From NCBI GenBank assembly GCA_963667725.2, contig CAXXHO010000003.1, positions 1,152,001 to 1,216,000 on the forward strand: DNA of 64,000 nt, given 5' to 3'. The notes beneath the pieces were generated by a model. It had not been told where the DNA came from and ran no database searches. It saw nothing but the letters and a program-made list of their open reading frames with translations. The DNA is from Treponemataceae bacterium (lineage in GTDB: Bacteria; Spirochaetota; Spirochaetia; Treponematales; Rectinemataceae). Both the position numbers and the translations under genes were made by a program. Each line of letters starts with the position of its first letter. Within the stretch, counting starts at the first letter, position 1. Below, one piece after another: positions 18,651 through 29,582 of the stretch.

Positions 18651-19440
18651 TGAGAACCTCGCTCGAGTAAGGGAAAATCAGGATATCGCCAAAAAGCTTA
18701 TGCTGCTTGATGCTGATGAACTTGTTCTTGACGGACTCCAGCATGGCCAGGAATGCGCAGGCCAGGTCGAGAGCTGACCGCGGCCTGGTTATAAGCTCCA
18801 CGAAGGAAAAGCTGCCCTTGCGCTCCAGGAGCTCCCTCATCAGGGAAATCTTCTCGTTGATGGATACTTCCTCGTAGAGATCGATGATCCTTTCAGAATT
18901 GAAATTCTGCACCAGGGAAGAGAAGGTGCGCAGCAAATCCCAGACATCGAGGTCTTGCCAGAGCGTCTCGTCATCATCGTCGGGAAATGGCAGCGTCCTT
19001 TGCATGCAGGACCGCTCCAGCGTCCATTCGACTTCCATTTCGCGCTGTTCCATGAGTCCTGAAAGCTTTTTATATTTCTGGTACTCGATCAGTTTTTCTA
19101 TGAGCCCCTGCCTTGGGTCATCGAAGTCTTCGTCCTCGAGTGAACTGGAGGGAATGAGCATGCGGGATTTTATGAGAAGCAGTGTCGCCGCCAGATTGTA
19201 GAATTCCGAAAGCTCGTCGAGGTCGACGCCTTCTTCGCTCCTGAGACATTCCAGATATTGCTCGGTGATGGAGGCGATATGGATGTCATAGATATTCATG
19301 TCGTTGCGTTTTATCAGGAAAAGCAGGAGATCCAGGGGACCTTCGAAATCCTTGAGCCTGAAATTTCTTCTCTGCGTGCCGCTATCGATGTATGAGGAAG
19401 GGTTGTCTATGGTGGCGTCTATGTCTGGATTGTTGTTCAT
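18634..19440 (-). CDS. scpA: Kleisin ScpA
   Basis: FEGPLDLLLFLI, FLAMLE. Confidence 0.95.
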   Translation of the reverse strand: MNNNPDIDATIDNPSSYIDSGTQRRNFRLKDFEGPLDLLLFLIKRNDMNIYDIHIASITEQYLECLRSEEGVDLDELSEFYNLAATLLLIKSRMLIPSSSLEDEDFDDPRQGLIEKLIEYQKYKKLSGLMEQREMEVEWTLERSCMQRTLPFPDDDDETLWQDLDVWDLLRTFSSLVQNFNSERIIDLYEEVSINEKISLMRELLERKGSFSFVELITRPRSALDLACAFLAMLESVKNKFISIKQHKLFGDILIFPYSSEVLNGKDS

Positions 19441-19949
19441 CACGGATAAATTGCATCATATATGCGGGAACCGGTCGGGTAAATACCCTGCGGCGGAAGC
19501 TCGGCCAGGAACTCCATGAAATTCCTGCCGCTCACAGGATCCTGAATCCCTGGATCGAGCTGCAGGAGAGGTATGAGGACGAATTTTCTCTCTCTCATGC
19601 CCGGATGGGGAACGATGAGATCGTCGTCAGCGATAATCCTTCTCCCGTAGAGAAGAATATCGATATCCATAGTCCTCGCGCCCTTGGACACTACGGCTGA
19701 GCGATCCCTGCCCAATTCCAGTTCGATGCGATGGATGGCATTCAAGAGATCGTGCGGTTCAAGCTCGGTCTTACCGGAAAAAACCGCGTTAAGGAATTCG
19801 GGCTGGTCTTCCACATATCGAGCCTTGGAACGCCATAATCCCGACATCCTTGCATCGGAAACGACTTCCTCGAGAAGCGAAACCGCCCTTTTTATGAGGG
19901 TTTCGCTATCCCCGAGGTTGGAGCCGAGTCCTAGCCATACGGTTTCCAT
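19440..19949 (-). CDS. folK: HPPK (hydroxymethyldihydropterin pyrophosphokinase)
   Basis: LGLGSNLG, RTMDIDIL, LIVPHP. Confidence 0.95.
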   Translation of the reverse strand: METVWLGLGSNLGDSETLIKRAVSLLEEVVSDARMSGLWRSKARYVEDQPEFLNAVFSGKTELEPHDLLNAIHRIELELGRDRSAVVSKGARTMDIDILLYGRRIIADDDLIVPHPGMRERKFVLIPLLQLDPGIQDPVSGRNFMEFLAELPPQGIYPTGSRIYDAIYP

Positions 19950-19957
19950 GAGCCTCT

Positions 19958-21181
19958 TCAGAAAAGGTCGTCGGCGCTTATGACGCTGGCGCCGTCCGCT
20001 TCGGTCCCTGTCTTCATGCCGGCTGCCTTGGCCTTGGCTTCCTCGGGCGAAAGCGGCGAGGCTATCGCTATGCCATTCTGGGCGGCGGTGGCCTTCTCGA
20101 ACATTTTCGCGCGAACGTCCTTCTCAATCGCCATGGCCGCGTCAGGGTTCTGTTCCAGGTATATTTTGGCGTTTTCCCTGCCCTGCCCCACTTTTTCATC
20201 GCCCCAGGTATACCAGGCGCCTTTTTTGTCGACGATGGAATACTTTACCGCGGCGTCCAAGAGGGAGGCCGACCAGGAAATCCCCTTGCCGAATATTATC
20301 TCCAGCTCAGCCCTCCTGAAGGGGGGCGCGACCTTGTTCTTCACTACCTTGACCCTGACCTTATTGCCAACGGCGTCATCGTCTCCGTGCTCGATCGTCT
20401 CGATTTTTCGTACTTCCAGCCTGACGGAGGCATAGAACTTGAGAGCGTTTCCACCCGTTGTCGTTTCCGGATTGCCGAACATGATGCCGATTTTCATGCG
20501 AATCTGATTTATGAAGATGAGGATTGTCTTGCTTTTAGACAAGCTGCCGGCGAGTTTGCGCAGAGCCTGGCTCATGAGTCTCGCCTGGAGGCCCATATGG
20601 GCATCGCCCATTTCGCCTTCGATCTCAGCCTGCGGCGTAAGCGCGGCCACGGAGTCTATGACGATGATGTCCACGGCGCCCGAGCGAATCAGCGATTCGG
20701 CGATATCCAGGGCCTGCTCGCCGTTGTCCGGCTGGGAAACCCAGAGCTCGTCGATGTCGACGCCCAGATTGCGCGCGTAAACCGGGTCGAGAGCGTGCTC
20801 GGCGTCGATGAAGGCGGCGATGCCGCCGCGTTTCTGCGCCTCCGCGATGGCATGGAGGGCCAGCGTGGTCTTCCCCGAAGATTCGGGGCCGTATATCTCC
20901 ACGATTCGGCCGCGGGGATAACCGCCGATGCCAAGGGCCTCGTCGAGCAGTATGGATCCTGAAGGAATGGCTTCGATACCCTGGGCGCTCGAGTGCGCTC
21001 CAAGCTTCATGAGAGAGCCCTGGCCAAATTGCTTCTCAATCTGAAGCCGCGCGGCTTCGAGAGCCTTCTGTTTTTCGGCCTTTTCGTGAGACTTGGGACT
21101 GCCGTCCCCCGCTTCCGCGCCTAGAGTAGTTGTAAGCTCGCCTACCATATCGGCCGAACGTCCGCCCGCTTTTCTTGCCAT
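19958..21181 (-). CDS. recA: Recombinase RecA
   Basis: [31 protein letters not shown] before ATG 21181. Confidence 0.98.
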   Translation of the reverse strand: MARKAGGRSADMVGELTTTLGAEAGDGSPKSHEKAEKQKALEAARLQIEKQFGQGSLMKLGAHSSAQGIEAIPSGSILLDEALGIGGYPRGRIVEIYGPESSGKTTLALHAIAEAQKRGGIAAFIDAEHALDPVYARNLGVDIDELWVSQPDNGEQALDIAESLIRSGAVDIIVIDSVAALTPQAEIEGEMGDAHMGLQARLMSQALRKLAGSLSKSKTILIFINQIRMKIGIMFGNPETTTGGNALKFYASVRLEVRKIETIEHGDDDAVGNKVRVKVVKNKVAPPFRRAELEIIFGKGISWSASLLDAAVKYSIVDKKGAWYTWGDEKVGQGRENAKIYLEQNPDAAMAIEKDVRAKMFEKATAAQNGIAIASPLSPEEAKAKAAGMKTGTEADGASVISADDLF

Positions 21182-21248
21182 TATTTCCTCCACAACCCTA
21201 TACCGGTAAAATCATACCATATGCTTCAAAAAAATGATAGAAAAGCTC

Positions 21249-22586
21249 TCAGCTTTTTCGGATAAGCTCCTGAACCGAAATCCTGGAGGCCTTTCTAGCC
21301 GGAATAAGCGAGACCACCGCGCTGAGAGCGATGCTGAGCGCGGCTATGAGCGCGATCTGCGCAAAGTCGATGGAGATGGGGATTTTTTCAAGATAATACT
21401 CCGGATCCAAAAGCTTCAGCGCGACGGAAGGCTGTCCCTTTATGAAAGCGAGCCCCGAATCGAAAATATTGGCGATCCACTCTATGCCTGATATCAGGAA
21501 ATTGACGTTTAAGGAGAGGATTAACCCAGCCAGGATGCCAAGAATGGTCCCTAAGCCTCCGGTGATGAAACCAGCGCCCACGAAAATTTGCCGTATAGCT
21601 GAATCCGTGGCGCCCATGCCGCGAAGCACGGCTATATCCATGGAATGTTCGACGACAAAGGTGGAAAGCGAGGAACCGAGGTTGACGGCAGCCACGACAA
21701 GGGCAATGCCCATTATGAAAAGAAGCATGGATTTTGTCGTGCCGAAAGACCTGTAGAGGCTCCGCTCGACTTCAGGCCAGGTTCTCGTCAGGTAGGGATC
21801 GAACCAATCCGGATAGAGAGACTCCATCGCGCCGCTCACGGACTCCTTAATCGAACCAAGGCTGTTCGAATAGGGGTCGGCTACCTTTATCCCAAAAAAC
21901 GAGTAGGACGAAGGATAGTTCAGCAGCCTTTCTCCCGCTTCCGGGCTGATGAAAGCCCAGAGGGCGTCCAAATCGCGATAGCCGGCGCTCACGATCCCCG
22001 TCACCTTGAAAAAGGACAGCCTCGGGGCGTAGCCTGAAAAGTCGGCGCCGATGCCGCCGGCCGTGAATTCGTTTTGCTGGTTGGGCGTTATGACGGTGAG
22101 CGAATCGCCAAGTTTTACGTGAAGGACAGACGCCAGGGAGGATCCAAGAACGATGTCCCTTTTACCTTCGGGCCTGGCCTTCCCTTCGATCAGCCGAAGA
22201 TACTGGCTGACTCCCGGATCGACGAAAAATTCCGGGCTCACCGAACGCAACATGACAGCGTTGCTGGCCTCTGCCGAAACGACAACCCCGCTTCCGTTCT
22301 TTTCGATATAGGCGGCCTGGACGCCTGGCACCGCGCTTAAAGCGACGCGACCTTTTTCTGCATCGCTTCCGGCCATGCTGTCAGGTGCCGCAACCTGCAG
22401 GTGATAGGTTTTTGTCTCCATATAGCGGCGCGTGATGCCCTCGATCATACCATCCGACACTATAAGGACAAGCACGATCGGCACCAGACTGATGCCTATT
22501 CCGAGGATCGCGCCGGCCATGCCGCCTGTGCGCTTCCGGCCGAGCAGGGAACGCGCGGCGATGAAAAAGGAAGCTCCGAAGGTCAT
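21249..22586 (-). CDS. LolC/E-family lipoprotein-releasing ABC permease
   Basis: MacB/FtsX architecture, IAVLRGMGAT, YYLEKIP. Confidence 0.88.
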   Translation of the reverse strand: MTFGASFFIAARSLLGRKRTGGMAGAILGIGISLVPIVLVLIVSDGMIEGITRRYMETKTYHLQVAAPDSMAGSDAEKGRVALSAVPGVQAAYIEKNGSGVVVSAEASNAVMLRSVSPEFFVDPGVSQYLRLIEGKARPEGKRDIVLGSSLASVLHVKLGDSLTVITPNQQNEFTAGGIGADFSGYAPRLSFFKVTGIVSAGYRDLDALWAFISPEAGERLLNYPSSYSFFGIKVADPYSNSLGSIKESVSGAMESLYPDWFDPYLTRTWPEVERSLYRSFGTTKSMLLFIMGIALVVAAVNLGSSLSTFVVEHSMDIAVLRGMGATDSAIRQIFVGAGFITGGLGTILGILAGLILSLNVNFLISGIEWIANIFDSGLAFIKGQPSVALKLLDPEYYLEKIPISIDFAQIALIAALSIALSAVVSLIPARKASRISVQELIRKS

Positions 22587-23263
22587 AAGGGCTGAAGCCT
22601 CCCCTCGGAAAGGAAAAACCTCTTGTCGGCCGCCTCGGCCAGTCTTGGATCATGGGTGGCAAGAATGACCGTCGCTCCCGATATTGCCGGCAGCCCGAAC
22701 ATGAGCTCCTGGATGGCCTGGGCATTGTCCGCGTCGAGGTTGCCCGTCGGTTCGTCGGCCAGTATGACGGAAGGAGCGTTGACAAGTGCGCGCGCTATGG
22801 CCGTGCGCTGCCTTTCGCCGCCTGAAAGTTCCGTGGGGAAATGGTCCTTCCTTTCCGCCATACCGACTTTCTCAAGAAGGGATTCGGCCCTTGCCCAGGC
22901 TTCCTTTCGCGGAACGCCGTTCATGTAAGCCGGAAGCGCCACGTTCTCCAGGGCGCTGAAATCTTTCAGGAGATAATGAAACTGGAAAACGAAACCCACT
23001 AGGCAGCTTCGGTACTTGGGAAGCTCCTTTTCGGAAAGAGAATGCAGGGCATAACTTCCCACCGTCACTTCCCCAGAATCGAAACCTTCCAGTCCTCCGA
23101 TGATCGAAAGAAGCGTGCTCTTCCCGGAGCCTGAAGAACCCATGATTGAGCAGGAACTTCCGGGCGTAAGCTCCAGGTCTACTCCCCTCAAGACATGAAG
23201 GATTTCGGCCTGACTCTCGAAATTCTTGATGAGATTCCTGCAGCTGATGATACTGTCACTCAT
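22583..23263 (-). CDS. lolD: LolD-like ABC ATPase
   Basis: GSSGSGKST, LSGGERQR, ADEPTGNLD; lies between two LolC/E permeases. Confidence 0.88.
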   Translation of the reverse strand: MSDSIISCRNLIKNFESQAEILHVLRGVDLELTPGSSCSIMGSSGSGKSTLLSIIGGLEGFDSGEVTVGSYALHSLSEKELPKYRSCLVGFVFQFHYLLKDFSALENVALPAYMNGVPRKEAWARAESLLEKVGMAERKDHFPTELSGGERQRTAIARALVNAPSVILADEPTGNLDADNAQAIQELMFGLPAISGATVILATHDPRLAEAADKRFFLSEGRLQPL

Positions 23264-24563
23264 TTCTGAATACCTCTGAGGGCTTGGCTTCCGAAACCTT
23301 GCGCGCCGCTACGAGGGCCGCGAGACCGGTGGACGCTATAGCCGTCAACGCGATGAAGATGATCTCGGCCGCCGATATCGAAACCGGGATCGCGTCGATA
23401 TAGTAATAGGATGGCGAGAATAGCTTGAAATCGCCGCCTGAGGACGCTAGCCCCAGGCTGCCCAGCGAGGAAGCGATAAAGCGCATGACGCCGGCGGCCA
23501 GTTCGAGAATCCGGTTTATATTCGAGCTCAGAAGCAGCCCGAGGGCGATGCCCGCCACTGCGCCCATAAGGCCAATGGAAAGGCCGTTTACGATGAATAT
23601 CCCGCGAATGTCGCCATCCGTGGCCCCGCAGGCCTTGAGCACCGCGATGTCGGACATTTTCGCGGCGATGACACGACGCATCGCGTGGAAGATATTGATG
23701 CCGACAACCACGAAGATGAGGCTTATGAGCAGCATCATCATCGACTTTTCGGTGCGGAGCGCGCCGAAAAAGCTTCTGTTGTAATCGCGCCAGGAAGTAA
23801 CCTTGCCGGCTTCTTCCGGCAGGAGGCTCTGAATGGCACCCGCGATCCTGTAATCAGAATAGCGGTTGTCCAGCTTGATGCCCAAAACCGGGGATACCGT
23901 GGAGAAAAATGGGGCCAGATCGCCCGAAGCCTCAAGCGACACGAAGCCCATGGCCGCGTCGAATTCGTAGTAGCCCGAGCTGAAAACGGATCCGATCGGA
24001 ATCGATTTCTTTATGGGAAGGACACCTTCCTCCGCGCTCTGGGACATGCCGAACAACTCTATCGGCGTACCCTTGTCGGCGCCAAGATAGGCGGCGGCTT
24101 CCTTGCCGAGCACGATGAAACCCTCCCGCGGCAATTTTTCCGACAGGGAAAGGCCCAGGGAGCGGACGAGCGAAGGATCGTCGCGCTCGGCGCCTCTGGG
24201 GAAAGCCCTCAGGTTAAGCGTCAGCGCCTGCCCCGAGGGACCGAGGGCGAGGACATGAGTTTCCTTGAAGGCGACGACGGAGGAAACGCCTGGGACGGCC
24301 CTTATGGCAGCGAGCGAAAAGGCATCGAGGGAGCCGGACGCGTATTCTTTGGGCATCTCCACGCGTAGGTGGAAGCTGGAAATTTCAAGAATCGAATCGA
24401 TGTAGCCTTGCTGAAGCCCGCCCATAACGCCCAAAACGATGATGAGAGCGGTCACGCCCGCCGCTATGCCGGCCGCGGCGAGCAGAGCTCGGCTCAGGGA
24501 CATTCGCCTGCGGCCTGAGAAACCCCAGCGGTATGCCGCGAAAAGCAGCGATTGTTTTGTCAC
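23256..24563 (-). CDS. LolC/E-family lipoprotein-releasing ABC permease
   Basis: GVTALIIVLGVMGG, SWRDYNRSFFGALRTEK. Confidence 0.88.
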   Translation of the reverse strand: MTKQSLLFAAYRWGFSGRRRMSLSRALLAAAGIAAGVTALIIVLGVMGGLQQGYIDSILEISSFHLRVEMPKEYASGSLDAFSLAAIRAVPGVSSVVAFKETHVLALGPSGQALTLNLRAFPRGAERDDPSLVRSLGLSLSEKLPREGFIVLGKEAAAYLGADKGTPIELFGMSQSAEEGVLPIKKSIPIGSVFSSGYYEFDAAMGFVSLEASGDLAPFFSTVSPVLGIKLDNRYSDYRIAGAIQSLLPEEAGKVTSWRDYNRSFFGALRTEKSMMMLLISLIFVVVGINIFHAMRRVIAAKMSDIAVLKACGATDGDIRGIFIVNGLSIGLMGAVAGIALGLLLSSNINRILELAAGVMRFIASSLGSLGLASSGGDFKLFSPSYYYIDAIPVSISAAEIIFIALTAIASTGLAALVAARKVSEAKPSEVFRNE

Positions 24564-25429
24564 TCTCCGAGGCCCAGAAATTCGTCAAGGAAGGCTTCGG
24601 GATCGAAGAGAGCGAAATCCTTATAGCCCTCGCCCGTTCCGACGAAAAGCGTGGCCAAGCCGAACTGCTTGGCCAGACTCAGCACCATCCCGCCCTTAGC
24701 CGTGGAATCGTGTTTGCTGAGGATGACACCGTCAACGGTCACCGCCTCGTTGAAGGTTTCCGCCTGACGCATGCCGTTCTGTCCAGTGGTTGAGTCCAGG
24801 ACGAGGATTTTGCTGTACTTCGCGCCGGGCGCGCGCTGCGAGATGATCCTGTCCATTTTTTCCAGTTCCTTAAGGAGATCCTGGCGAGTATGCATGCGGC
24901 CGGCTGTGTCGGCTATTACGAGGCCCGCGCGTCCGGCGCCGACCGCCTCTATGCTGTCCCAGAGCACGGCGGCCGCGTCGGCGCCCTGATGCTGCGCCAC
25001 AACCCTAACTCCCGTACGTTCTCCGTGAATTTTAAGCTGATTGACGGCGGCGGCCCTGAAGGTATCGCCGGCCGCGAGGATGATATTGTCTATGCCCTTA
25101 TTTTTGGCCCAGAAAGCCAGCTTAGCGCAGGAGGTCGTTTTACCAACGCCGTTGACCCCCAGCAGCAGCACGATATTTAAACGAGCGGGGTCGATATCGA
25201 AAGATTTCTTCATCGCGTAAGGCTCGAGGATACCCTTGAGTGCCTTCCTGGCCGACTCCAGATCCCCGATTTTTTCCTTTCGGCAGACTTCCTTGAGGCG
25301 CTCTACTGTCTCGAAAGCGAAGGCCGCGCCCATATCGCCTTCGACGAGGAGATCGGTCAGGTCTTCGAATACCTCGTCGCTGAGAATCGTTTTCTTGAAA
25401 AAAGCCCGTATTTTATCGCCAAAACCCAT
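24560..25429 (-). CDS. ftsY: SRP receptor FtsY (NG domain only)
   Basis: GVNGVGKTT, DTFRAAA, DTAGR, TAKGG. Confidence 0.96.
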   Translation of the reverse strand: MGFGDKIRAFFKKTILSDEVFEDLTDLLVEGDMGAAFAFETVERLKEVCRKEKIGDLESARKALKGILEPYAMKKSFDIDPARLNIVLLLGVNGVGKTTSCAKLAFWAKNKGIDNIILAAGDTFRAAAVNQLKIHGERTGVRVVAQHQGADAAAVLWDSIEAVGAGRAGLVIADTAGRMHTRQDLLKELEKMDRIISQRAPGAKYSKILVLDSTTGQNGMRQAETFNEAVTVDGVILSKHDSTAKGGMVLSLAKQFGLATLFVGTGEGYKDFALFDPEAFLDEFLGLGE

Positions 25430-25449
25430 ATTTTCTCCGTCAGTGGAAT

Positions 25450-26541
25450 CTATCGCGAAACATGTAAAACATCTACGAGTCTTACCGCGCTGTCAATGAT
25501 GAAACCTAGGCTGAGCGACACCGAAACCGCCGCCACCGCGCCCGATACGTAGAGAGCCGTTTGGGTAGCCGCGCCTCGCGAGTACGCTTCATAGAAGGAA
25601 TAAAACGTTCCGATCGCGATCGCGCTCAGGGGCAGGCTCAGGACAAAACGTCCCAAGGCCGAACTGAACCTTTTCTCAGCCCTTAGAAAACTGGATTTTT
25701 CAGCCCACTTCAACCGGTCGTCCGCGTTGATTATCGATGCTTCTGGCAGGGCGGCTCCAGCCGCGGGTTTCATGTCGATAACGATCGATGTATAGGAATC
25801 AGGTTTGAAATCCGCAATTTCGCAGAACCCATCCTCGAAACCGCTTTGTCGAACGATAATAGGGTAATTTCCTTTCTCATAGACAAAAATTCTCGTCCCA
25901 TCCAGGGCGATGGATCCTTCGGAAGGCGTTCCCTGGACGCTGAGCGCGGCGCCAGAAGCCGGTTTTGTAACGATATCGACAACACTGACTTCCTTTGTCG
26001 CTACCCAATGCATCATCGCCGGCAAAGCCGCGGCGCGCAGATTTTCCAGCGTCGAGATTGCACCCTTATACAAGAATGTGCCCTGAGGGTTTTCGGATTC
26101 TTTTTCATAAAAAAGAATCCTGCATTCTACAGCTTCATCCTTTAATGAATAAAATCCGAGAATCAATCCATCCAGACCGGTAAATGCTTCCTTCCCCTTC
26201 CTCGCGTCAACGAAGGGAGCGTCGGCGGTTCTTGTCCGCAGCGCCGTTTTCATGGACAGCCGGCCGGGAAGAGGCTTCAGGGCCGAGAAAAGAAGGGAAG
26301 GAAGCGTCACGGAAAGAGCTCCCTCGGCCGATTTGCCTGCAAGTTCGGCTGCCTTAGCGAAACCGAACTCGGGGGAAGCCGTCTCTATCAGCGTTTCGGG
26401 CAAAACCTCGAGGAACTGCGTCATGCCCAAAATCCACTGGCTCGTGTCCTGAGCCTGGAGATTCTGCGCGGAAAAACCAAGCAGCAGGCACAGAAGACCT
26501 GCCGCTGTCAGCCCCCGCCTTCTAGACTTCCTCATCTTCAT
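25450..26541 (-). CDS. Hypothetical exported/membrane protein (possible PEGA-like segment)
   Basis: Signal peptide, two C-terminal hydrophobic helices; start overlaps the prfB end. Confidence 0.65.
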   Translation of the reverse strand: MKMRKSRRRGLTAAGLLCLLLGFSAQNLQAQDTSQWILGMTQFLEVLPETLIETASPEFGFAKAAELAGKSAEGALSVTLPSLLFSALKPLPGRLSMKTALRTRTADAPFVDARKGKEAFTGLDGLILGFYSLKDEAVECRILFYEKESENPQGTFLYKGAISTLENLRAAALPAMMHWVATKEVSVVDIVTKPASGAALSVQGTPSEGSIALDGTRIFVYEKGNYPIIVRQSGFEDGFCEIADFKPDSYTSIVIDMKPAAGAALPEASIINADDRLKWAEKSSFLRAEKRFSSALGRFVLSLPLSAIAIGTFYSFYEAYSRGAATQTALYVSGAVAAVSVSLSLGFIIDSAVRLVDVLHVSR

Positions 26542-27656
26542 CTTCGGACTGCGGCACGCCGCCCTTCCACTTCCAGCGCAGGTAGGTTTCTATGAAGGGA
26601 TCAAAGCCCCCATCCATTACCTCGTGGACGTTTCCGACGAAAAACTTGGTCCTGTGATCTTTGACCATCGTGTAGGGCTGAAAAACGTAAGATCGTATCT
26701 GTGATCCCCAGGCTATCTCTTTCTTGTCGCTCTGGAATTTCGCGTTTTCCTTTTCCTTTTCAAGCCTGTAATACTCGTATAGCCTGGAACGCAACACGCT
26801 GAACGCCACGTCCTTGTTCTTGTACTGGCTTCTTTCGTTCTGGCAGGTGACGACGATGCCTGTGGCGAGGTGGGTGATGCGCACCGCGGAGTCGGTTTTG
26901 TTGACCTTCTGGCCGCCGGCACCCCCCGATCGATAGGTGTCGATGCGAATATCCTCGGGTTTGATCTCGATAGTAATTGAATCGTCGAGAACGGGCAGCA
27001 CATAGACGGAGGAGAACGAGGTATGTCTTCTGGCGTTGGAGTCGAAGGGAGATATCCTGACGAGCCTGTGCACGCCGCTTTCACCTCGTAGCAGACCGTA
27101 AGCATAAGGTCCGCTGATCTGAATCGTCGCTGATTTAATGCCGCCTTCCGCCTCAAGCATATCGACGACTTCCATCTTGAAGTTCCGACGCTCCGCCCAG
27201 CGAGTATAGGCCCTGAGAAGCATGCTCGCCCAATCGCATGCCTCGGTTCCGCCCGATCCAGCATGAATGGCGACGTAGGCATCAGACGCGTCTGCCTCTC
27301 CCGATAGTAGTTCCACTATCACGGCTGAATCGAAGCGCTTCCGAACGTCGTCAAGCGTATTCTGGAGGTCTTTTTCGAGATCGCGCTGATCTTCCTCGAT
27401 GGCGAGTTCGTAGAATTCCCGCAGAGCCTCCACATCGGTAGTCAGGGCCCTCCATATCGCGACCCTATCCTTTATCTGCTTGATCTGCGCGAATATTTTC
27501 CCCGCTCTCGCCGAATCGTTCCAGAAATCCGGATCGGCGGTAAGTTTTTCTTTTTCCGTTACCGATTTTTCAAGGGCATCGGCGTCAAAGACGCCCCCAG
27601 ATATCGCCTATTTCCGCCTGCAGCTCTGAAATCGGTTTTGCCATTTCTTCCAACAT
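26522..27656 (-). CDS. prfB: Peptide chain release factor 2 with programmed +1 frameshift
   Basis: SPF and GGQ motifs; ATG 27656 reads 23 codons to GGGGG-CGT-CTT-TGA-C (27590-27584), then continues in the +1 frame. Confidence 0.96.
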
Positions 27657-27739
27657 TTACAACTCCTTATATATTATTGCGCTTATAATCTAAATCAACT
27701 CACAGAAAGCTATTACATTTGTCACAAATATCATACTAG

Positions 27740-28774
27740 CTAAAGCACGGAAAAGCGGTACTTGGTGCTATGCGCCCATATTTCCCCCGGTTCGACATTG
27801 CAGGAAGGAAAATCAGGCCTATTGGGCGAATCGGGATAGTACTGGGTTTCAAGACAGAAGCCCGAGTGCTTTCCATACACCGATCCGCTCTTTCCCATTA
27901 TGCCATCGAGGTAGTTTCCTGTATAGAACTGTACCGCTGGCGACGTCGTCGCGACGCTGAGCCGTCGCCCTCGCTTTTTTTCCGTCGCGACCGCGAAGGG
28001 CTCATCGGCCAGCAGCGAATCCACGATAAAGCAGTGATCATAGCCCGAAAGGGATGTACCGATATCGTCGCCTATCTTTTTGCTTTTCCTGAAATCAAAA
28101 GGCGTTCCGTTTACCTCGACGGGTTCCCCCGGCAAGGGAATGAGCGATGCACCCACCGGAAGGTAGCGGCCGCAGCGCAGGAGAAGCTCATGCTCCAAAA
28201 TCGTGCTCGATCCTTCGCCCGCAAGATTGAAATAGGCGTGATTGGTCAAGTTCAGAGGCGTAAGGCTGTCCGCCTCCGCTTCGTAGAAAATCCCCAGCTC
28301 GCCCGTCCTGTCCAGCGTAACGGTCACCGCCACATGGAGGTTGCCTGGATAGCCCTCCTCGCCGTCGGCGCTATCAAGCGAAAAGCGGACCGAGGGATTG
28401 CCGTCGATCGTATCCATTGTTCCCTTCCAGAGGCGACGTCCAAAGCCCCGCCTCCCTCCATGTAGGTGGTTCTCCCCATCGTTCGAGAAAAGATTGTATT
28501 CTTTTCCGGCAAGAGAGAACGAAGCCCCGGCGATACGGTTGGCGAAGCGGCCAACCGTCGCCCCAAAATAAGGATGCTTGGCGGCGTACGGAGGGAAACT
28601 CGAGAACCCCAGGAGCACATCGTCCTTAACGCCCCTGGCGTCAGGCATCACGAGGCTCAGCCAGGAGGCGCCATAATCGCTCCAGGATGCCCTATACTCG
28701 CCCGATTCCAGAAGATAGAGCGATACATCTTCCCCTGAAGAAAGCGTTCCGAAAGATTTTCTGCATAATGACAT
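27740..28774 (-). CDS. galM: Aldose 1-epimerase
   Basis: GRFANRI, LHGG, NLTNHAYFNL, FCLETQ. Confidence 0.94.
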   Translation of the reverse strand: MSLCRKSFGTLSSGEDVSLYLLESGEYRASWSDYGASWLSLVMPDARGVKDDVLLGFSSFPPYAAKHPYFGATVGRFANRIAGASFSLAGKEYNLFSNDGENHLHGGRRGFGRRLWKGTMDTIDGNPSVRFSLDSADGEEGYPGNLHVAVTVTLDRTGELGIFYEAEADSLTPLNLTNHAYFNLAGEGSSTILEHELLLRCGRYLPVGASLIPLPGEPVEVNGTPFDFRKSKKIGDDIGTSLSGYDHCFIVDSLLADEPFAVATEKKRGRRLSVATTSPAVQFYTGNYLDGIMGKSGSVYGKHSGFCLETQYYPDSPNRPDFPSCNVEPGEIWAHSTKYRFSVL

Positions 28775-28775
28775 A

Positions 28776-29579
28776 TCAGACCTTATAATAGAGGCCGAGG
28801 GCCCATTCCATGAAACGATTAGGCAGTATCCGCTTCAGCAGCGGCACTGCCCTCTGAAAAGCCTGTCCGAAGGTGTAGCGCGCCCGAGGATGGGGGTTCT
28901 CGATGATCCTCTCGACGAGAGGTCCGATCCGTTCAGCCGGGTATCCCTTTTCCTCATCCTTCCAGGCGATATTCATTACCCTGGTAAAAGAATCTTCATA
29001 GTCCTTCGTCACCTTCGCGTCGCTTCGGCAATCCTGGTGGCGGATATCGCTGGGCTGAACCATGGAAACGCTTATGCCGAAACCGTTGACTTCGGCTCGC
29101 AAAGACTCCGTCATGCCTTCGAGCGCGAACTTGGAACCGGAATAGGCTCCCTGAAAAGGCAGTCCGACGACGCCGCCCACCGAACTTAGATTAATGATAT
29201 GACCGATGCCCTGAAGGCGCATGATCGGAAGAACCTCCCTGCATACCAGCATCGCGCCGAGGCAATTGGTGCGCCAGCATCGCTCGATATCGCCGATCGA
29301 TACGCACTCGACGGGGCCTACGACATGGAGCCCGGCGTTGTTCACGACAGCGTCCAGCCGGCCTTCTCGCTTCATGACGATTCCAATTCCCCGCGCCACC
29401 GATTCCGGATCCGTAACATCCATCCTGACCATAGGGAAAGCGCCTGATTCCTCGATTTCGTCGCCGGCTGATCGGCTTGTACCGTAAACATTGTACCCAT
29501 GGGCGCCCAGATATGCGGCGCATGCCTTCCCGATTCCGCCAGAAGCGCCGGTTACGATGACAACCTTGGCAGCCGGCAT
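28776..29579 (-). CDS. Short-chain dehydrogenase/reductase
   Basis: TGASGGIG, NNAG, YSGSK. Confidence 0.92.
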   Translation of the reverse strand: MPAAKVVIVTGASGGIGKACAAYLGAHGYNVYGTSRSAGDEIEESGAFPMVRMDVTDPESVARGIGIVMKREGRLDAVVNNAGLHVVGPVECVSIGDIERCWRTNCLGAMLVCREVLPIMRLQGIGHIINLSSVGGVVGLPFQGAYSGSKFALEGMTESLRAEVNGFGISVSMVQPSDIRHQDCRSDAKVTKDYEDSFTRVMNIAWKDEEKGYPAERIGPLVERIIENPHPRARYTFGQAFQRAVPLLKRILPNRFMEWALGLYYKV

Positions 29580-29582
29580 TCG

